A DNA stretch of 64,000 bases from a bacterium (GTDB lineage: Bacteria; UBA8248), in contig CBDBZU010000004.1 of the NCBI GenBank assembly GCA_965213625.1, positions 1,408,001 through 1,472,000 of the forward strand. Direction: 5' to 3'. The first letter of the stretch is position 1. Every line of letters starts with the position of its first letter. The translations under genes were made by a program, and so were the position numbers. Below the pieces are notes generated by a model. It searched no databases, was not told where the DNA came from, and saw only the letters and a list, made by a program, of their open reading frames with translations. This document shows, in pieces, positions 1 to 10,227 of this stretch.

Positions 1-1410
1 CGCGTCGCTCTCGAGCCTCTTTTCGAGCAGATGATCGAGCTGAGTAACGGCGAGGAGGGAGGGTTCAACCTGCGAGCGAGTGAACTGGCGCTCGAGAGGA
101 AACAGGGTGAGTTGCTCGATTTTCACGAATCTCTGGAGGCGAAAATCCTGGCCGCCACCGAAACGCTGGTGAGCACGGCCCGCAAGATTGCGCGTCAGGC
201 CACCCAGGATTCCGCCCAGGCCATTAGCACGGGCAGCAACATCCTGCTCGCGCTGAGCGCCATCAGCTTCATCGGCGCCGTGCTGATAGGCTGGCTGTTC
301 GTCGGCCGCTTTCTGTCGCGTCGGCTCGGGCAGCTTTCGGACCGCATGCGCCGGATGGCAGATGGCGATCTCGAGGAGAAAGTCGATATCGGCGGACAGG
401 ACGAAGTCGCGGAAATGGCCGCGGCGCTCGAGATCTTCCGTCGCCACGCTCTGGAGGTGCAGCGCCTGAACCTGGTGGAGAAACTGGCGGAGGAAATCAA
501 GGGCAAGAACGAAGAGCTCGAAAGCGCGCTCGGCGATCTGGAGAAAGCGCAGGATCAGATCGTCATGCGCGAGAAACTCGCGGCGCTCGGTGAACTGACG
601 GCGGGTGTCGCCCACGAGATCAGAAATCCGCTGAACTTTATCAAGAACTTCTCGGAAGTCTCCGAAGAATTGATGGAGGAATTGCTGGAAGAGTTGGAAA
701 AGGTGGAGACCCACGGCGGCAACGGACAGGAGAACGGACAGGAACCGGAGAAGGAAGAGAAAAAAAAGGACGAGGAAGATCCGATCGAGATCATCGCCGA
801 AATCGGAGAAGACCTCACCGGCAACCTTCAGCGCATCCGCGAGCATGGGGAACGGGCCAACAATATCGTGGAGAGCATGCTCCAGATGGGCAGGGGTTCG
901 GGCGAAGCACAGCCGACCAACATCAATACCCTGATCGAGGAGCACGCGCGTCTCGCCTACCACAGCGCGCGGGCGGCCGACCCGAATTTCAATCTCACGC
1001 TCGATTGGGATTTGGACCCGGATATGGTGGAGTGCGAGGTCATTCCGCAGGATTTGGGTCGCGTCTTCTTGAACATGGTGAGCAACGCCTGCTACGCCAC
1101 CGACGAGAAGCGACAAAAGTTCTCCGCCTCATCGGCCGAAGATGCGCCGCGCTACGATCCCACCCTCAGGGTCGCCACCAAGTGCAGGCCGGACGGCATC
1201 GAGGTGCGCATTCGCGACAACGGAAGCGGTATGCCGCCCGAAGTCGCCGAGAAGATATTCAACCCCTTCTTCACGACCAAGCCGACGGACAAGGGCACCG
1301 GACTCGGTCTATCCCTATCCAGCGACATCATTCGTCAGCATGGGGGAAGCATACGGGTCGAAACCGAAACCGACGAGTTCACGGAGATGATCATCGAGTT
1401 GCCGAGGTAA
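1..1410 (+). CDS. Membrane sensor histidine kinase (TM-HAMP-HisKA-HATPase), 5' truncated by window edge
   Basis: TM helix, HAMP-like segment, H-box AGVAHEIRNPLNF, N box LNMVSNA, G boxes DNGSG, FNPFFTTK, GTGLGL; frame is open to base 1. Confidence 0.93.
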   Translation, partial: RVALEPLFEQMIELSNGEEGGFNLRASELALERKQGELLDFHESLEAKILAATETLVSTARKIARQATQDSAQAISTGSNILLALSAISFIGAVLIGWLFVGRFLSRRLGQLSDRMRRMADGDLEEKVDIGGQDEVAEMAAALEIFRRHALEVQRLNLVEKLAEEIKGKNEELESALGDLEKAQDQIVMREKLAALGELTAGVAHEIRNPLNFIKNFSEVSEELMEELLEELEKVETHGGNGQENGQEPEKEEKKKDEEDPIEIIAEIGEDLTGNLQRIREHGERANNIVESMLQMGRGSGEAQPTNINTLIEEHARLAYHSARAADPNFNLTLDWDLDPDMVECEVIPQDLGRVFLNMVSNACYATDEKRQKFSASSAEDAPRYDPTLRVATKCRPDGIEVRIRDNGSGMPPEVAEKIFNPFFTTKPTDKGTGLGLSLSSDIIRQHGGSIRVETETDEFTEMIIELPR

Positions 1411-1554
1411 ACAGCCCCGGCTTCCCACCCGGCAGGATTCAAGAAAATATAAGAGGAAGGTGAGGGATTACAGCGGTCGCGACGACTATCGCGACGCTTG
1501 TATCCGTAAGACGTTGCGGCGGGGATGGGTCTTGGACTCCCCGCTCCCGTGTCG

Positions 1555-1893
1555 TCAGCTTGCGGTCGATTCGAGCGCTTCTGCTTTCGAGCCGTGGATT
1601 TGTATGATGCGGTCGAAACCGGATATCTCGAACACCTCGCGCGTCAGTTCACCGAGCGCGTACAGGGCGAACTTCGTATTGCTTTGACTCAGTTGCTTGG
1701 CGACCAGCAAAACGGCGCGAAGGCCGGCGCTGCTGATATAGGAAACACCCTCGAAATTGACGATGACGGCGCGGTCGTCGTCGCTGATGACGTTCTTTAT
1801 CGTGCTCTCGAATTCAGGAGCGGTGGCGCCATCGATGCGGCCATCAACCTGCACAACCAAGGTTCCGTTTTCTTGCTCAGTCTTAATTTCCAT
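1555..1893 (-). CDS. STAS-domain anti-sigma factor antagonist (RsbV/SpoIIAA family)
   Basis: 112 aa; GRIDG..APEF, YISSAGLR phospho-serine motif, VFEISGF. Confidence 0.93.
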   Translation of the reverse strand: MEIKTEQENGTLVVQVDGRIDGATAPEFESTIKNVISDDDRAVIVNFEGVSYISSAGLRAVLLVAKQLSQSNTKFALYALGELTREVFEISGFDRIIQIHGSKAEALESTAS

Positions 1894-2247
1894 GCTTGGC
1901 TCTGCCTCCCAACAGCGTGAGATTGTTTTACTCGATATCTCAAGAGTGTAAGCACACTGGTAGCAAATCTAATGGTTTAGCGCAACACCTCACTTCTCAA
2001 GAACGCAAGTCCAACCCTGTAATTCTTGGACAGACAGTGTAGCCGTTCAGGACTACTTCTGTGAGAAAAGCGGAGGTAACCATATAAAATTTCTGCTCAT
2101 TTGGCAACTCATAGCTTTGTTTGCGGTTCAATTTTTTTCGGGCGGACAGCTACGGCGCCCTTTGGCTCAACCAGTGCCCGGGACGTTCTGGTCCGACGTG
2201 CGCGAGGCATTCGGTCCATTTTGAGTGACTTTTGTCTGAGAGCGCCT

Positions 2248-3288
2248 TCATTCCTGGGACATTACCAGGGCGGCGCGTCCGGTGACTTGGCCCGTTTTCA
2301 GTCGTTCGTGTACGAGGTTGGCCTCCTCGAGTGGGTAGGTCTCGCTCACGAGGGGCCAGGCCTCGCCGCGCGCCACGAGTTCGAGCGAGTCGATCACATT
2401 CTGCCTGGTGGCGTAGCGGCTGCCCAGTATCTGCTGTTCCTCTCGGAGCAACTCGCGCGGGGAAAAGGGGAACCGCTCTATCCGGTTGGAACCCATGGCG
2501 AGGAAGCGCCCCCCCTTGCCCAGCCCGCGCAGTCCGCCTTCGACCCCATCGGCGGTGCAGACGAAATCGACGACGACGTCCACGCCCGCGCCCCCGGTCA
2601 AATCACGCAGCGCCTCACCGAGGTTTTCCTGAGAGGCATCCACCGTATCGTGCGCGCCCATGTCGCGGCATTTGCCCAGCTTGTCCGCCGCGATGTCGAC
2701 GGCGATGACACGCGCGCCCGCCCAGCGCGCCATCATCACCATGTGGATTCCCACGCCGCCGCCGCCGCCCACCACGGCCACGTTCTCCATCGGGCGAATT
2801 CCCGCGTGGCCGACCACCTTGTATGGCGTGGCGATGGCGTCCGAGATAACGCCTACCTCGGCGGGGTGCCCCTTGTAGTCCAGCCCCTCGGGCAGGGGGA
2901 TGAAGCTCCGGGCGGGCAGCTTGATGTACTCGGCGTAGCCGCCGTCCATCTGGCGTCCGACGTGACCGGCAAGATTATCGCACAGGGTCTCGCGGTTTAC
3001 GCGGCACCAGCGGCAGCGCCCGCAGGTGAAATAGTAATACGCCGTCACGGGTGTCCCTTCGCTGAGTCCCTCCACGCCCGCGCCCACCTGGGTAATCTCT
3101 GCGGTGATCTCATGCCCAATCACGAGCGGGAAATTCCCGCCCATGCGGCCCGCCCGGGTGTGTTCGATCGTAAGTCCCGAGCCGCAGGCCAGCACACGCG
3201 CCACCGCCTCGCCCGGCCCCGCCACGGGGACCGGTCTATCTTCGAGCACAAAGGGCGCGCCCGCTTCCGCCAATACCATCGCTTTCAT
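2248..3288 (-). CDS. Zinc-dependent alcohol dehydrogenase (MDR family)
   Basis: GHE motif, CGRCRWC...C structural Zn cluster, Gly-rich NAD-binding loop. Confidence 0.9.
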   Translation of the reverse strand: MKAMVLAEAGAPFVLEDRPVPVAGPGEAVARVLACGSGLTIEHTRAGRMGGNFPLVIGHEITAEITQVGAGVEGLSEGTPVTAYYYFTCGRCRWCRVNRETLCDNLAGHVGRQMDGGYAEYIKLPARSFIPLPEGLDYKGHPAEVGVISDAIATPYKVVGHAGIRPMENVAVVGGGGGVGIHMVMMARWAGARVIAVDIAADKLGKCRDMGAHDTVDASQENLGEALRDLTGGAGVDVVVDFVCTADGVEGGLRGLGKGGRFLAMGSNRIERFPFSPRELLREEQQILGSRYATRQNVIDSLELVARGEAWPLVSETYPLEEANLVHERLKTGQVTGRAALVMSQE

Positions 3289-3395
3289 GTCGTCTCCCGC
3301 CGGTAATGGGGTGAAAGTTATCCTCAGTGTAGAGCATCAGGCTCCGGAGCGGTAACGCGCGGCGCAAAAGAATGCGCCGAAGCGCCCGGGTTGCG

Positions 3396-4388
3396 TTAAT
3401 CTGTCTTGATATCCTTCGCCCATTCACGGTTGGCGGCGTACCACTCCACCAGGTGCGCGAGGCCCTCTGCAAGCCTCACACGGGGACGCCAGCCGAGGAG
3501 CTTCTCCGCTTTTTCGATGTTCGCCCAAGTGGCCTTGACGTCGGCGGGGTTCATCTCCTCGTGGCGGATACGGGCTTTTTTCTCCGTGAGGGTTTCGATG
3601 CGGGCGATAGCCTCGTTCAGGACGACGGGTTCATCCGACCCCAGGTTGATGATTTCATAAGATACCGGTTTGATGGCCGCAATCGAGCCCCGGGCGATGT
3701 CGTCCACGTAGGTAAAATCGCGCTCCTGCGTTCCGTCTCCATAGACGAGGACGGGCTTTCCCTCGGCTATCCACTGCGTGAAGCGGAAAAGGCTCATATC
3801 GGGCCGCCCCGCCGGGCCGTAGACGGTGAAGTAGCGCAGCACCGTTACGTCGATCCCGAACAGATGGTGATAGGTGTGGCAGAGCGCCTCGGCCGCTTTC
3901 TTGGAGGCCGCGTAGGGCGATAGCGGCCTGTCGCTCGGGGCGTCCTCCCGGAATGGTGCGGGCGTATCCGCCCCGTAGGCGCTCGAGGTGGAGGCGAGCA
4001 CGAACTTCATCACGCCGAAATCCTTGCATAGCTCCAGCAGGTTCAGCGCGCCGGTGACGTTCGTCTCGAAATACGCCCATGGATTCTCGATAGATTGGCG
4101 CACCCCGGCGCGCGCGGCCAGGTTCAACACGGCGTTGAATGGCGCCGCGCCGCCTACGGCGTTTTCCGTGAACAACGCGCGCAAGGGCTCGAGCCGGATG
4201 ATGTCGGCTTCATGAAAATAGAAGCCGGGCCGAGACTTGAGACGCGCGAGCCGGTAGTCCTTAAGGCGCGTGTCGTAGGCGTCGTTCATGTCGTCGACCC
4301 CGACGACGACATGATCCTCATCCAACAGGAAATCACACACCCTGGAGGCGATGAAGCCGGCGGCTCCTGTTACGAGATACTTGCCCAA
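3396..4388 (-). CDS. NAD-dependent nucleotide-sugar epimerase (UDP-glucuronate 4-epimerase-like)
   Basis: TGAAGFIA, LAARAGVR, YAASKKA, RYFTVYGP.GRPDM; TTG start. Confidence 0.9.
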   Translation of the reverse strand: MGKYLVTGAAGFIASRVCDFLLDEDHVVVGVDDMNDAYDTRLKDYRLARLKSRPGFYFHEADIIRLEPLRALFTENAVGGAAPFNAVLNLAARAGVRQSIENPWAYFETNVTGALNLLELCKDFGVMKFVLASTSSAYGADTPAPFREDAPSDRPLSPYAASKKAAEALCHTYHHLFGIDVTVLRYFTVYGPAGRPDMSLFRFTQWIAEGKPVLVYGDGTQERDFTYVDDIARGSIAAIKPVSYEIINLGSDEPVVLNEAIARIETLTEKKARIRHEEMNPADVKATWANIEKAEKLLGWRPRVRLAEGLAHLVEWYAANREWAKDIKTD

Positions 4389-4596
4389 ACCGGATTTCTC
4401 CTCAAAACGATCTCGTTAGCGGTGGTGCAAGGCTATCAGGAGCGCTTGGTTCCGGCAAAGCGAGAGACGTGACTTAGGAGATTTAGGCTGGTCATCCGCC
4501 GAGCATTCAATTGTTCTGAATGGTTCCTCTCTCAGGGTTGGTTAAATTCACTTCCTTCCATGATGATTATTGCCGGAAAAGAGGTGTGAAGAATCA

Positions 4597-4768
4597 ACTC
4601 CCCCCTTGAGGGGGAGTCGGTGATGTGAGGGGGTTTTTCTCCCGAAACCAAACCGGTGGGGGGAGTTTTTTCCTGTGGCATGTCACCCCATCGATTCAGC
4701 CTTCGCACAAACCGCTCGGCTTCATCGTCTGTCTTTCCCCTCGGGAAGCCAGACCCTCAAGGGGTAGT
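4597..4768. repeat. Palindromic MITE/REP-like element (ACTCCCCCCTTGAGGGGGAGT ... CCCTCAAGGGGTAGT)
   Basis: Terminal hairpin with an inverted counterpart about 150 bp downstream; intergenic and non-coding. Confidence 0.6.
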
Positions 4769-4845
4769 CGAATTTGGCGCGCGCCCATTGTGGGCTTTTT
4801 CAACAACTCTTCATCAATCGCGTTTGACTCGCGACGCCGCTCCTC

Positions 4846-4988
4846 CCTCACCCTGAGTAGCCGCCGAAGGCGGCGTATCGAAGGGCGAGGGGAGTCGAAC
4901 GCCTCGCGCTGGGGGAGAGAATGCAATTCCTCCTTCATTAGTCGGACTTGACCTTCGATACGTGGTTTCACCGCTACTCAGGATGAGG
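4846..4988. repeat. Palindromic MITE-like element (CCTCACCCTGAGTAG..CGTATCGAAGG / CCTTCGATACG..CTACTCAGGATGAGG)
   Basis: Long imperfect terminal inverted repeats; lies between direct repeats TTTTTCAACAAC at 4796-4807 and 4999-5010. Confidence 0.65.
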
Positions 4989-5250
4989 CGGAAAGAGGTT
5001 TTTCAACAACCCCCTTAAAGGCAGTGGTTCCCAAAGGCGCATCGCATCGCAATCCCCGAATCGAAGATACCCCCCACTCCGCCAAAACACGGCCCGTGGT
5101 TGAAATCCGCGCCGCAATCCGCAATGGTTGGTTTGATATGGGCGAACATATTCTCCATGCGGTTGGGGGAGTAGCTGCTTAATGTTTCTCGGGCCGTGTA
5201 TGGACTTCGTGTCCGGCGAACCCGGTACTTATCAAGATTGAGAATTCGAG

Positions 5251-6180
5251 ATGGCGAACGTGTTGGTGACGGGAGGGGCTGGCTTCGTCGGCTCTCATGT
5301 AGTGGAGTCCTGCCTGGAAGCGGGCGATTCCGTCTGGGTCGTGGATAATCTGGCCTCGGGCCTGGTGGGGGACATTCCGCCGGGTGCGGTTCTTTGCGAG
5401 GGCGATATTGCCGATGCGGGGTTCATGCGCCGCGTGGTGGGGGAGGCTTGTCCCGCCGTCATCCATCATCTGGCGGCACAGGCAAGCGTGACGCACAGTC
5501 TGGTAGATCCCCTCCTGGATGCGCGCGTGAACGTCCTGGGCACGCTCAGCGTCCTGGAAGCGGCCAGGAGCATGGGTTCCATGCCCAGGGTCGTCTACGC
5601 CGCCACGGGCGGGGCATGCTACGGGGACCCCGAAGAGGAGATTGTGGATGAGAGTTGCCCGCTTGCTCCCGCCTCCCATTACGGGATGAGCAAGGTCGCG
5701 GGCGAGCGCTATCTCGCCTTCTACGGGGCGCATTTCGGGCTGCCCGTCGTGTCGCTGCGTCTCGCCAACGTCTTTGGACCCAGACAGCGCCCCTCTCTCG
5801 ATGCGGGCGTAATATCGATTTTCGCGGAAAAACTAACGAATGCCGAGCCCCTCACGCTCTATGGACACGGGCGTGCGGGGCGCGACTATGTCTACGTGAA
5901 AGACGTGGTCGATGCGTTCACCACTGCGGCGAAAGGCGGTGCGGACGGCGGGGCCTACAACATCGGTACGGGCGTCGTCACCGAGGTGGAGTCGCTGCTG
6001 GAAGTCCTCTGCCGCCGCATGGGTAAAGAACCCGTAAGCGTGGAGCGCGCGCCTCTGCGCGCGGGCGAGGTGTTCAGAATCGGTCTGGACGCAAGCGCGT
6101 TTGCGCAGAAAACCGGCTGGCGGCACAGCTTCACGCTCGATGAGGGCATCGCCGCCTTCGTGGAATCGCTCGAAACTTAA
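5251..6180 (+). CDS. NAD-dependent epimerase/dehydratase (UDP-glucose 4-epimerase-like)
   Basis: TGGAGFVGSH, HLAAQASV, YGMSK, NVFGPRQ. Confidence 0.88.
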   Translation: MANVLVTGGAGFVGSHVVESCLEAGDSVWVVDNLASGLVGDIPPGAVLCEGDIADAGFMRRVVGEACPAVIHHLAAQASVTHSLVDPLLDARVNVLGTLSVLEAARSMGSMPRVVYAATGGACYGDPEEEIVDESCPLAPASHYGMSKVAGERYLAFYGAHFGLPVVSLRLANVFGPRQRPSLDAGVISIFAEKLTNAEPLTLYGHGRAGRDYVYVKDVVDAFTTAAKGGADGGAYNIGTGVVTEVESLLEVLCRRMGKEPVSVERAPLRAGEVFRIGLDASAFAQKTGWRHSFTLDEGIAAFVESLET

Positions 6181-6602
6181 GCCGGCAGACGCCCATAGAC
6201 GCGCTCGGGCGTGACCAGCACGGCCACCGCGCCCTGGTCCACCATCGCCTGGTCGTATTCCTCCCAGTCGGGATGGTCCGAATCTCCGCAGGCGCGAAAC
6301 ACCTCGCGGAACATCACGCGCATTTCCTCTTTTTCGGTGTTTTCGTAGTCGAAGAGTCTGGCCTTGCCCTCCACGCTCACCCAGGTGCGCCAGTCGGGGG
6401 TGACGTAGAGTACCGTGCACTGCGGGTTCTTGCGCAGGTACCCCAGCTTCACCGACCAGCCGCGCACGATGACGAACGCGGCGCAATCCTCATACGCCCC
6501 GCACACGATAATGCTCGACTGCGCCGTGCCGTCCGGCCTCAAGCTCGTGACCATGCCCTTGTGGTTTTTCTCCATAAACGGCCTTGCATCTTCGAAGTTC
6601 AT
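6177..6602 (-). CDS. Pyridoxamine 5'-phosphate oxidase-like (PPOX/F420-dependent family) protein
   Basis: TSLRPDG, K..YLRKNP, VSVEGKA, C-terminal HPDWEEYDQAM..V.PERVYG; start set at MNFEDA. Confidence 0.8.
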   Translation of the reverse strand: MNFEDARPFMEKNHKGMVTSLRPDGTAQSSIIVCGAYEDCAAFVIVRGWSVKLGYLRKNPQCTVLYVTPDWRTWVSVEGKARLFDYENTEKEEMRVMFREVFRACGDSDHPDWEEYDQAMVDQGAVAVLVTPERVYGRLPA

Positions 6603-6690
6603 GAGATACCTCGCTAAGAATGAGAGATAAGGATGTTTTCGCCATTGTAGCAAATTTCGTGAATGAACGACGCAATAAGGAGAGCTGCCG

Positions 6691-7218
6691 ATGAGCCGTC
6701 TCGCACCGCTTGAACCTGAATCCATGCCGCCCCGCCAGAGAGAAGCCTATGAGGATCTCATCGCCAACCAGCGCGGCGGCGTGCGCGGGCCTTTCGGGGT
6801 CTGGTTGAGAAGCCCCGGCCTCGTCATCGCCCTGCGCAATCTCATGAAGTTTTATTATGAGGAAAGCGTCATCACCGAAGACATCCGCGAACTCGCCATC
6901 ATCATCACCACCCGCCACATGGGAGCGACCTACGCCTACTCCGCGCACGAGGCGCAGGCTCTCGCCAGCGGTCTGACGCCCGCCCTCGTGGCCGCCGTAA
7001 TGGCGGGGGAAACGCCCACCGGGGGCACCCCCCTCGAGCTTTGCGTCTACAGGTATTGCACCGAATTGCTCGAAACCAAAAAGGCGTCGGACGCCGCTTA
7101 CCAGGAGGCGTTCTCTCTATTGGGCGAGAAGGGCGTGGTCGACCTCACCGCCCTCGTGGGCTTTTATACGGCCATCTCCCTGACACTCAACGCCTTCGAG
7201 ATTCCACCCGTGACGTGA
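6691..7218 (+). CDS. Carboxymuconolactone decarboxylase (CMD/AhpD-like) family protein
   Basis: RGPFGVWLRSP, RELAI, YSAH, DLTALVGFY motifs. Confidence 0.85.
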   Translation: MSRLAPLEPESMPPRQREAYEDLIANQRGGVRGPFGVWLRSPGLVIALRNLMKFYYEESVITEDIRELAIIITTRHMGATYAYSAHEAQALASGLTPALVAAVMAGETPTGGTPLELCVYRYCTELLETKKASDAAYQEAFSLLGEKGVVDLTALVGFYTAISLTLNAFEIPPVT

Positions 7219-7307
7219 GGTGATATAGTCCTCATAAGGGGCCATCAACATTTTGACGTGTTATGTGTGGTGAAAAATTCTGGAGTGAAGCGGCACGGTG
7301 CGCCCTC

Positions 7308-8834
7308 TCACTCAGGCGCTCTGCCGCTTTTCTGCGTCATGCTCAAGAGTCGCGCCTCAATTTCCCCGCTCCATGCGCCCTCCTGCATCCGCCAGACCCA
7401 GTTGCCATCCGGGACGCCGGGGCGGTTCATGCGGGCATCGTTGCCGAGACCCAGCACGTCCTGAGCGGGGAAGATGGCGAGCGCGGCCTGTGATTTCATC
7501 GCCGCGCGAATCATAGACCAGTGGATGTCCTCGGGTTCGCCCCCGAAGGTCCTGAGCGCCGTGGCGCGCGAGATGGCGAAGCCTGCAGGCGTTTCGTTGC
7601 GCAGAATCGGGTCCGCGCCGTAGAACCAGCCCAAGGCGGTGTCGTTGTCGTGCGTGCCGGTGTAGACGACCGCGTTCTCGGGAATGTTGTGGGGGAGATG
7701 GGGGTTGTCCGGGCTGCCATCAAAGGCGAACTGCAGCACGCGCATGCTCGGCAGACCGAAGCGGTCCCGCAGGGCGTGCACGTCGTCACCCACCGATCCT
7801 AAGTCCTCGGCGATGAGCGGCAGCGCGCCCAATTCCTCCTCGAGGGCGCTGAAAATAGCCTCTCCCGGTCCTTCGCGCCAGGCGCCGTCTTTGGGTGATT
7901 CCGCATCCGCCGGGATCGCCCAGAAGCGCGCGAAGCCGATGAAGTGATCGAGGCGCAAGGCGTCGAACCTTGAGACGTTCACGGCCAGGCGCATCTTCCA
8001 CCAGGCGAAATTCTCATCAAAGTGCGCGGCCCAGTCATACAGGGGGTTCCCCCAGTGCTGGCCCTCCTGGTTGAAGTAATCGGGCGGCGCGCCGGCGTAG
8101 GCGCTCGGGCGGCGTGATTCATCGAGTTCGAACAAGTGCGTTCTCGCCCATACGTCCGCCGAATCATGGGCGACGTAGATGGGGATGTCGCCGATCAATC
8201 CGACCCCAATGCCTGCGGCGTGGTCCTTTAGCGCGCGCCATTGGCGTTCGAAGACGAACTGCTCGAAATGTGTGTAGCGGATGTTCTTATCGAACGCAGG
8301 GTCATCGGGGTCCTTATGATTCGCGTCCTCGGGCCATTCCCACCAGGGGGAGCCGCCGAAAGCGCGCTTGAACGCACGGAACCTCGCGTAATCGGCGAGC
8401 CAGCCGGCTTGCGCCTCGCAAAACTCCGTGTATGCCGCGTCGTTCGCTCCGCCTCCATTCGAGAACGCCGCGAACGCTTTTTCGAGCATCGACTCATGGG
8501 CCTGGAGCGCTTGCGCCGGTTCGGTTAGTTCATCGGAGGTAGAACTGCGATTTTCCATATCTTTCGGGGAGAGCAGGCCATCTTCTTTGAGCCTTTCGAG
8601 CGATATCAGCAGCGGGTTTCCCGCAAACGTGGATGAGGAGACATAAGGGGAGCCCGTCTCGTCCGTGGGGCACACGGGCAACATCTGCCACCAGCTCTGG
8701 CCGGAGGATGCAAGGTTATCGACGAACTCGAACGCCCTGGGGCCCAGATCGCCGAAGCCTGTCTCGCTCGGCAACGAGGTGGGGTGCAGCAGGATGCCGC
8801 TTTTTCTGGCGTGAAACGGATTCGTCGTACTCAT
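7308..8834 (-). CDS. malQ: 4-alpha-glucanotransferase (amylomaltase, GH77)
   Basis: SGILLHPTSLP, GDIPIYV..DSADVW, GQHWGNPLY, RLDHF, AEDLG, YTGTHDN. Confidence 0.95.
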   Translation of the reverse strand: MSTTNPFHARKSGILLHPTSLPSETGFGDLGPRAFEFVDNLASSGQSWWQMLPVCPTDETGSPYVSSSTFAGNPLLISLERLKEDGLLSPKDMENRSSTSDELTEPAQALQAHESMLEKAFAAFSNGGGANDAAYTEFCEAQAGWLADYARFRAFKRAFGGSPWWEWPEDANHKDPDDPAFDKNIRYTHFEQFVFERQWRALKDHAAGIGVGLIGDIPIYVAHDSADVWARTHLFELDESRRPSAYAGAPPDYFNQEGQHWGNPLYDWAAHFDENFAWWKMRLAVNVSRFDALRLDHFIGFARFWAIPADAESPKDGAWREGPGEAIFSALEEELGALPLIAEDLGSVGDDVHALRDRFGLPSMRVLQFAFDGSPDNPHLPHNIPENAVVYTGTHDNDTALGWFYGADPILRNETPAGFAISRATALRTFGGEPEDIHWSMIRAAMKSQAALAIFPAQDVLGLGNDARMNRPGVPDGNWVWRMQEGAWSGEIEARLLSMTQKSGRAPE

Positions 8835-8969
8835 ACCCAAAGCTCAATTCCCAGGAGAAGTATTCCGCACCTTCACTCCACCTTGTGTAGCGCGCGGCGC
8901 CGGATTCACCACCTCCCTACTCATATGGCACGGCGCGGCCCAAATGTTCAAGCCCCGGAGGGTTATGAG

Positions 8970-10070
8970 CTAGTGTCCCTCTCCCAGGGGGAGCTTCACG
9001 GCGTCGCCGGTGCGCGACGATTCCTCCATGGCGATGGTCACCTCGAGCGTCTGGCGCGCGTCCTCCGCCGTGGCGAGATGACAGGGCCGCCCCGTTGCGA
9101 GGTGGTCCAGCCAGTTCCTCGTCTCATCGCCGATGGGCCCGTACATGGTGTCGAGCGCCCAGTCGCCCGACGACGTGCTGCCCAGAAAAACCATCGGCAG
9201 ATTGTGGTCGGGAACATAGGCGTGCGGGTAGCCCTTTTCGGTGTAGAGGATGTTCTCCTTGTGATCCTCATCGAAGAGCATCACGCCGTCCGTGCCGATG
9301 ACTTCCAGGCGGATGCTCTGCCCGGCGGTAGGGTATTTCGCGGGCAGCGCGTAGCAGATGCCCAGGTTCACGGTCGCGCCGTCGGCGAAGGTGATGATCG
9401 ACCAGCTCACGTCGTCCACCTTCGGATACCCCGCCTCCTTGAAGACGAAGCCTCCTCCCCGGCATATCACCTCCACCGGCGGGTTACCTTCCATGAACCA
9501 GCACATCATGTCGACCCAGTAGGTGAGCACGTCGAGAACGGGTGTGGCGTCCGCCGAGCGTTTTAATATCTCGAATGCCTGCGCCCTGGTGTTGAATACG
9601 CGGCCCGTTGCGCCGATGAGCCGCCCCAGGCGGCCTTCCTTTATCTGTTCTTTCCCCAGGAAATAGCGCCGTTTGTAGCGCATGATGTAGCCCACCCGCA
9701 GGTCGGTTTCGTATTTCTCCGCAGTGGTGAGCAGTCGGTCGGCGTCTTCAAGCGTCATGGCGATGGGCTTTTCCACCAGAACGGGCTTGCCGAGTTCCAG
9801 CGCTTGAAGCACAGGCTCCACGTGCGCGAACTCGGAAGTCGAGACGATGACGGCGCCGACGTCGGGGTGGGAGATGACCTCCTCGTTGCTTCCAGACACC
9901 ACCTGCGCCCCCACACGGGAGCCCAGGGCCTTCGCGCGCTCGGGCTCGGCATCCGAGATGGCGAGAAAGCGGACGGCGGGGTGCTGCGCGGCGAGGCGCG
10001 AGCGGTGCGTGCCGATGCGTCCGGCGCCCACGACGGCGACGCCGAGTTCGTTCCTGTCGAAAAGCGCCAA
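8970..10070 (-). CDS. Gfo/Idh/MocA family oxidoreductase
   Basis: VVGAGRIG, VLVEKP motif; TTG start. Confidence 0.9.
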   Translation of the reverse strand: MALFDRNELGVAVVGAGRIGTHRSRLAAQHPAVRFLAISDAEPERAKALGSRVGAQVVSGSNEEVISHPDVGAVIVSTSEFAHVEPVLQALELGKPVLVEKPIAMTLEDADRLLTTAEKYETDLRVGYIMRYKRRYFLGKEQIKEGRLGRLIGATGRVFNTRAQAFEILKRSADATPVLDVLTYWVDMMCWFMEGNPPVEVICRGGGFVFKEAGYPKVDDVSWSIITFADGATVNLGICYALPAKYPTAGQSIRLEVIGTDGVMLFDEDHKENILYTEKGYPHAYVPDHNLPMVFLGSTSSGDWALDTMYGPIGDETRNWLDHLATGRPCHLATAEDARQTLEVTIAMEESSRTGDAVKLPLGEGH

Positions 10071-10227
10071 AGCAAGCCTCCTGAATGATGTCGGTTGGAA
10101 ACGGCGCGGGCATTCTACGCCGCGCGTCTCCTGCCTTCAATCGGGGTCGCGAGTCGCGGAAGGCGAGGCATCGTTTTGATTATTCTTGTATTTTCAGGCT
10201 TCTTGGCGGATTCGAGAGAAGCGCGTC

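Noticed and set aside
2101-3306. Long antisense ORFs (also 10582-11895, 12081-13235, 16591-17829, 27461-28885, 55711-56997, 62894-63997)
   Set aside because: Shadow frames of well-supported GC-rich genes on the opposite strand, with no motifs
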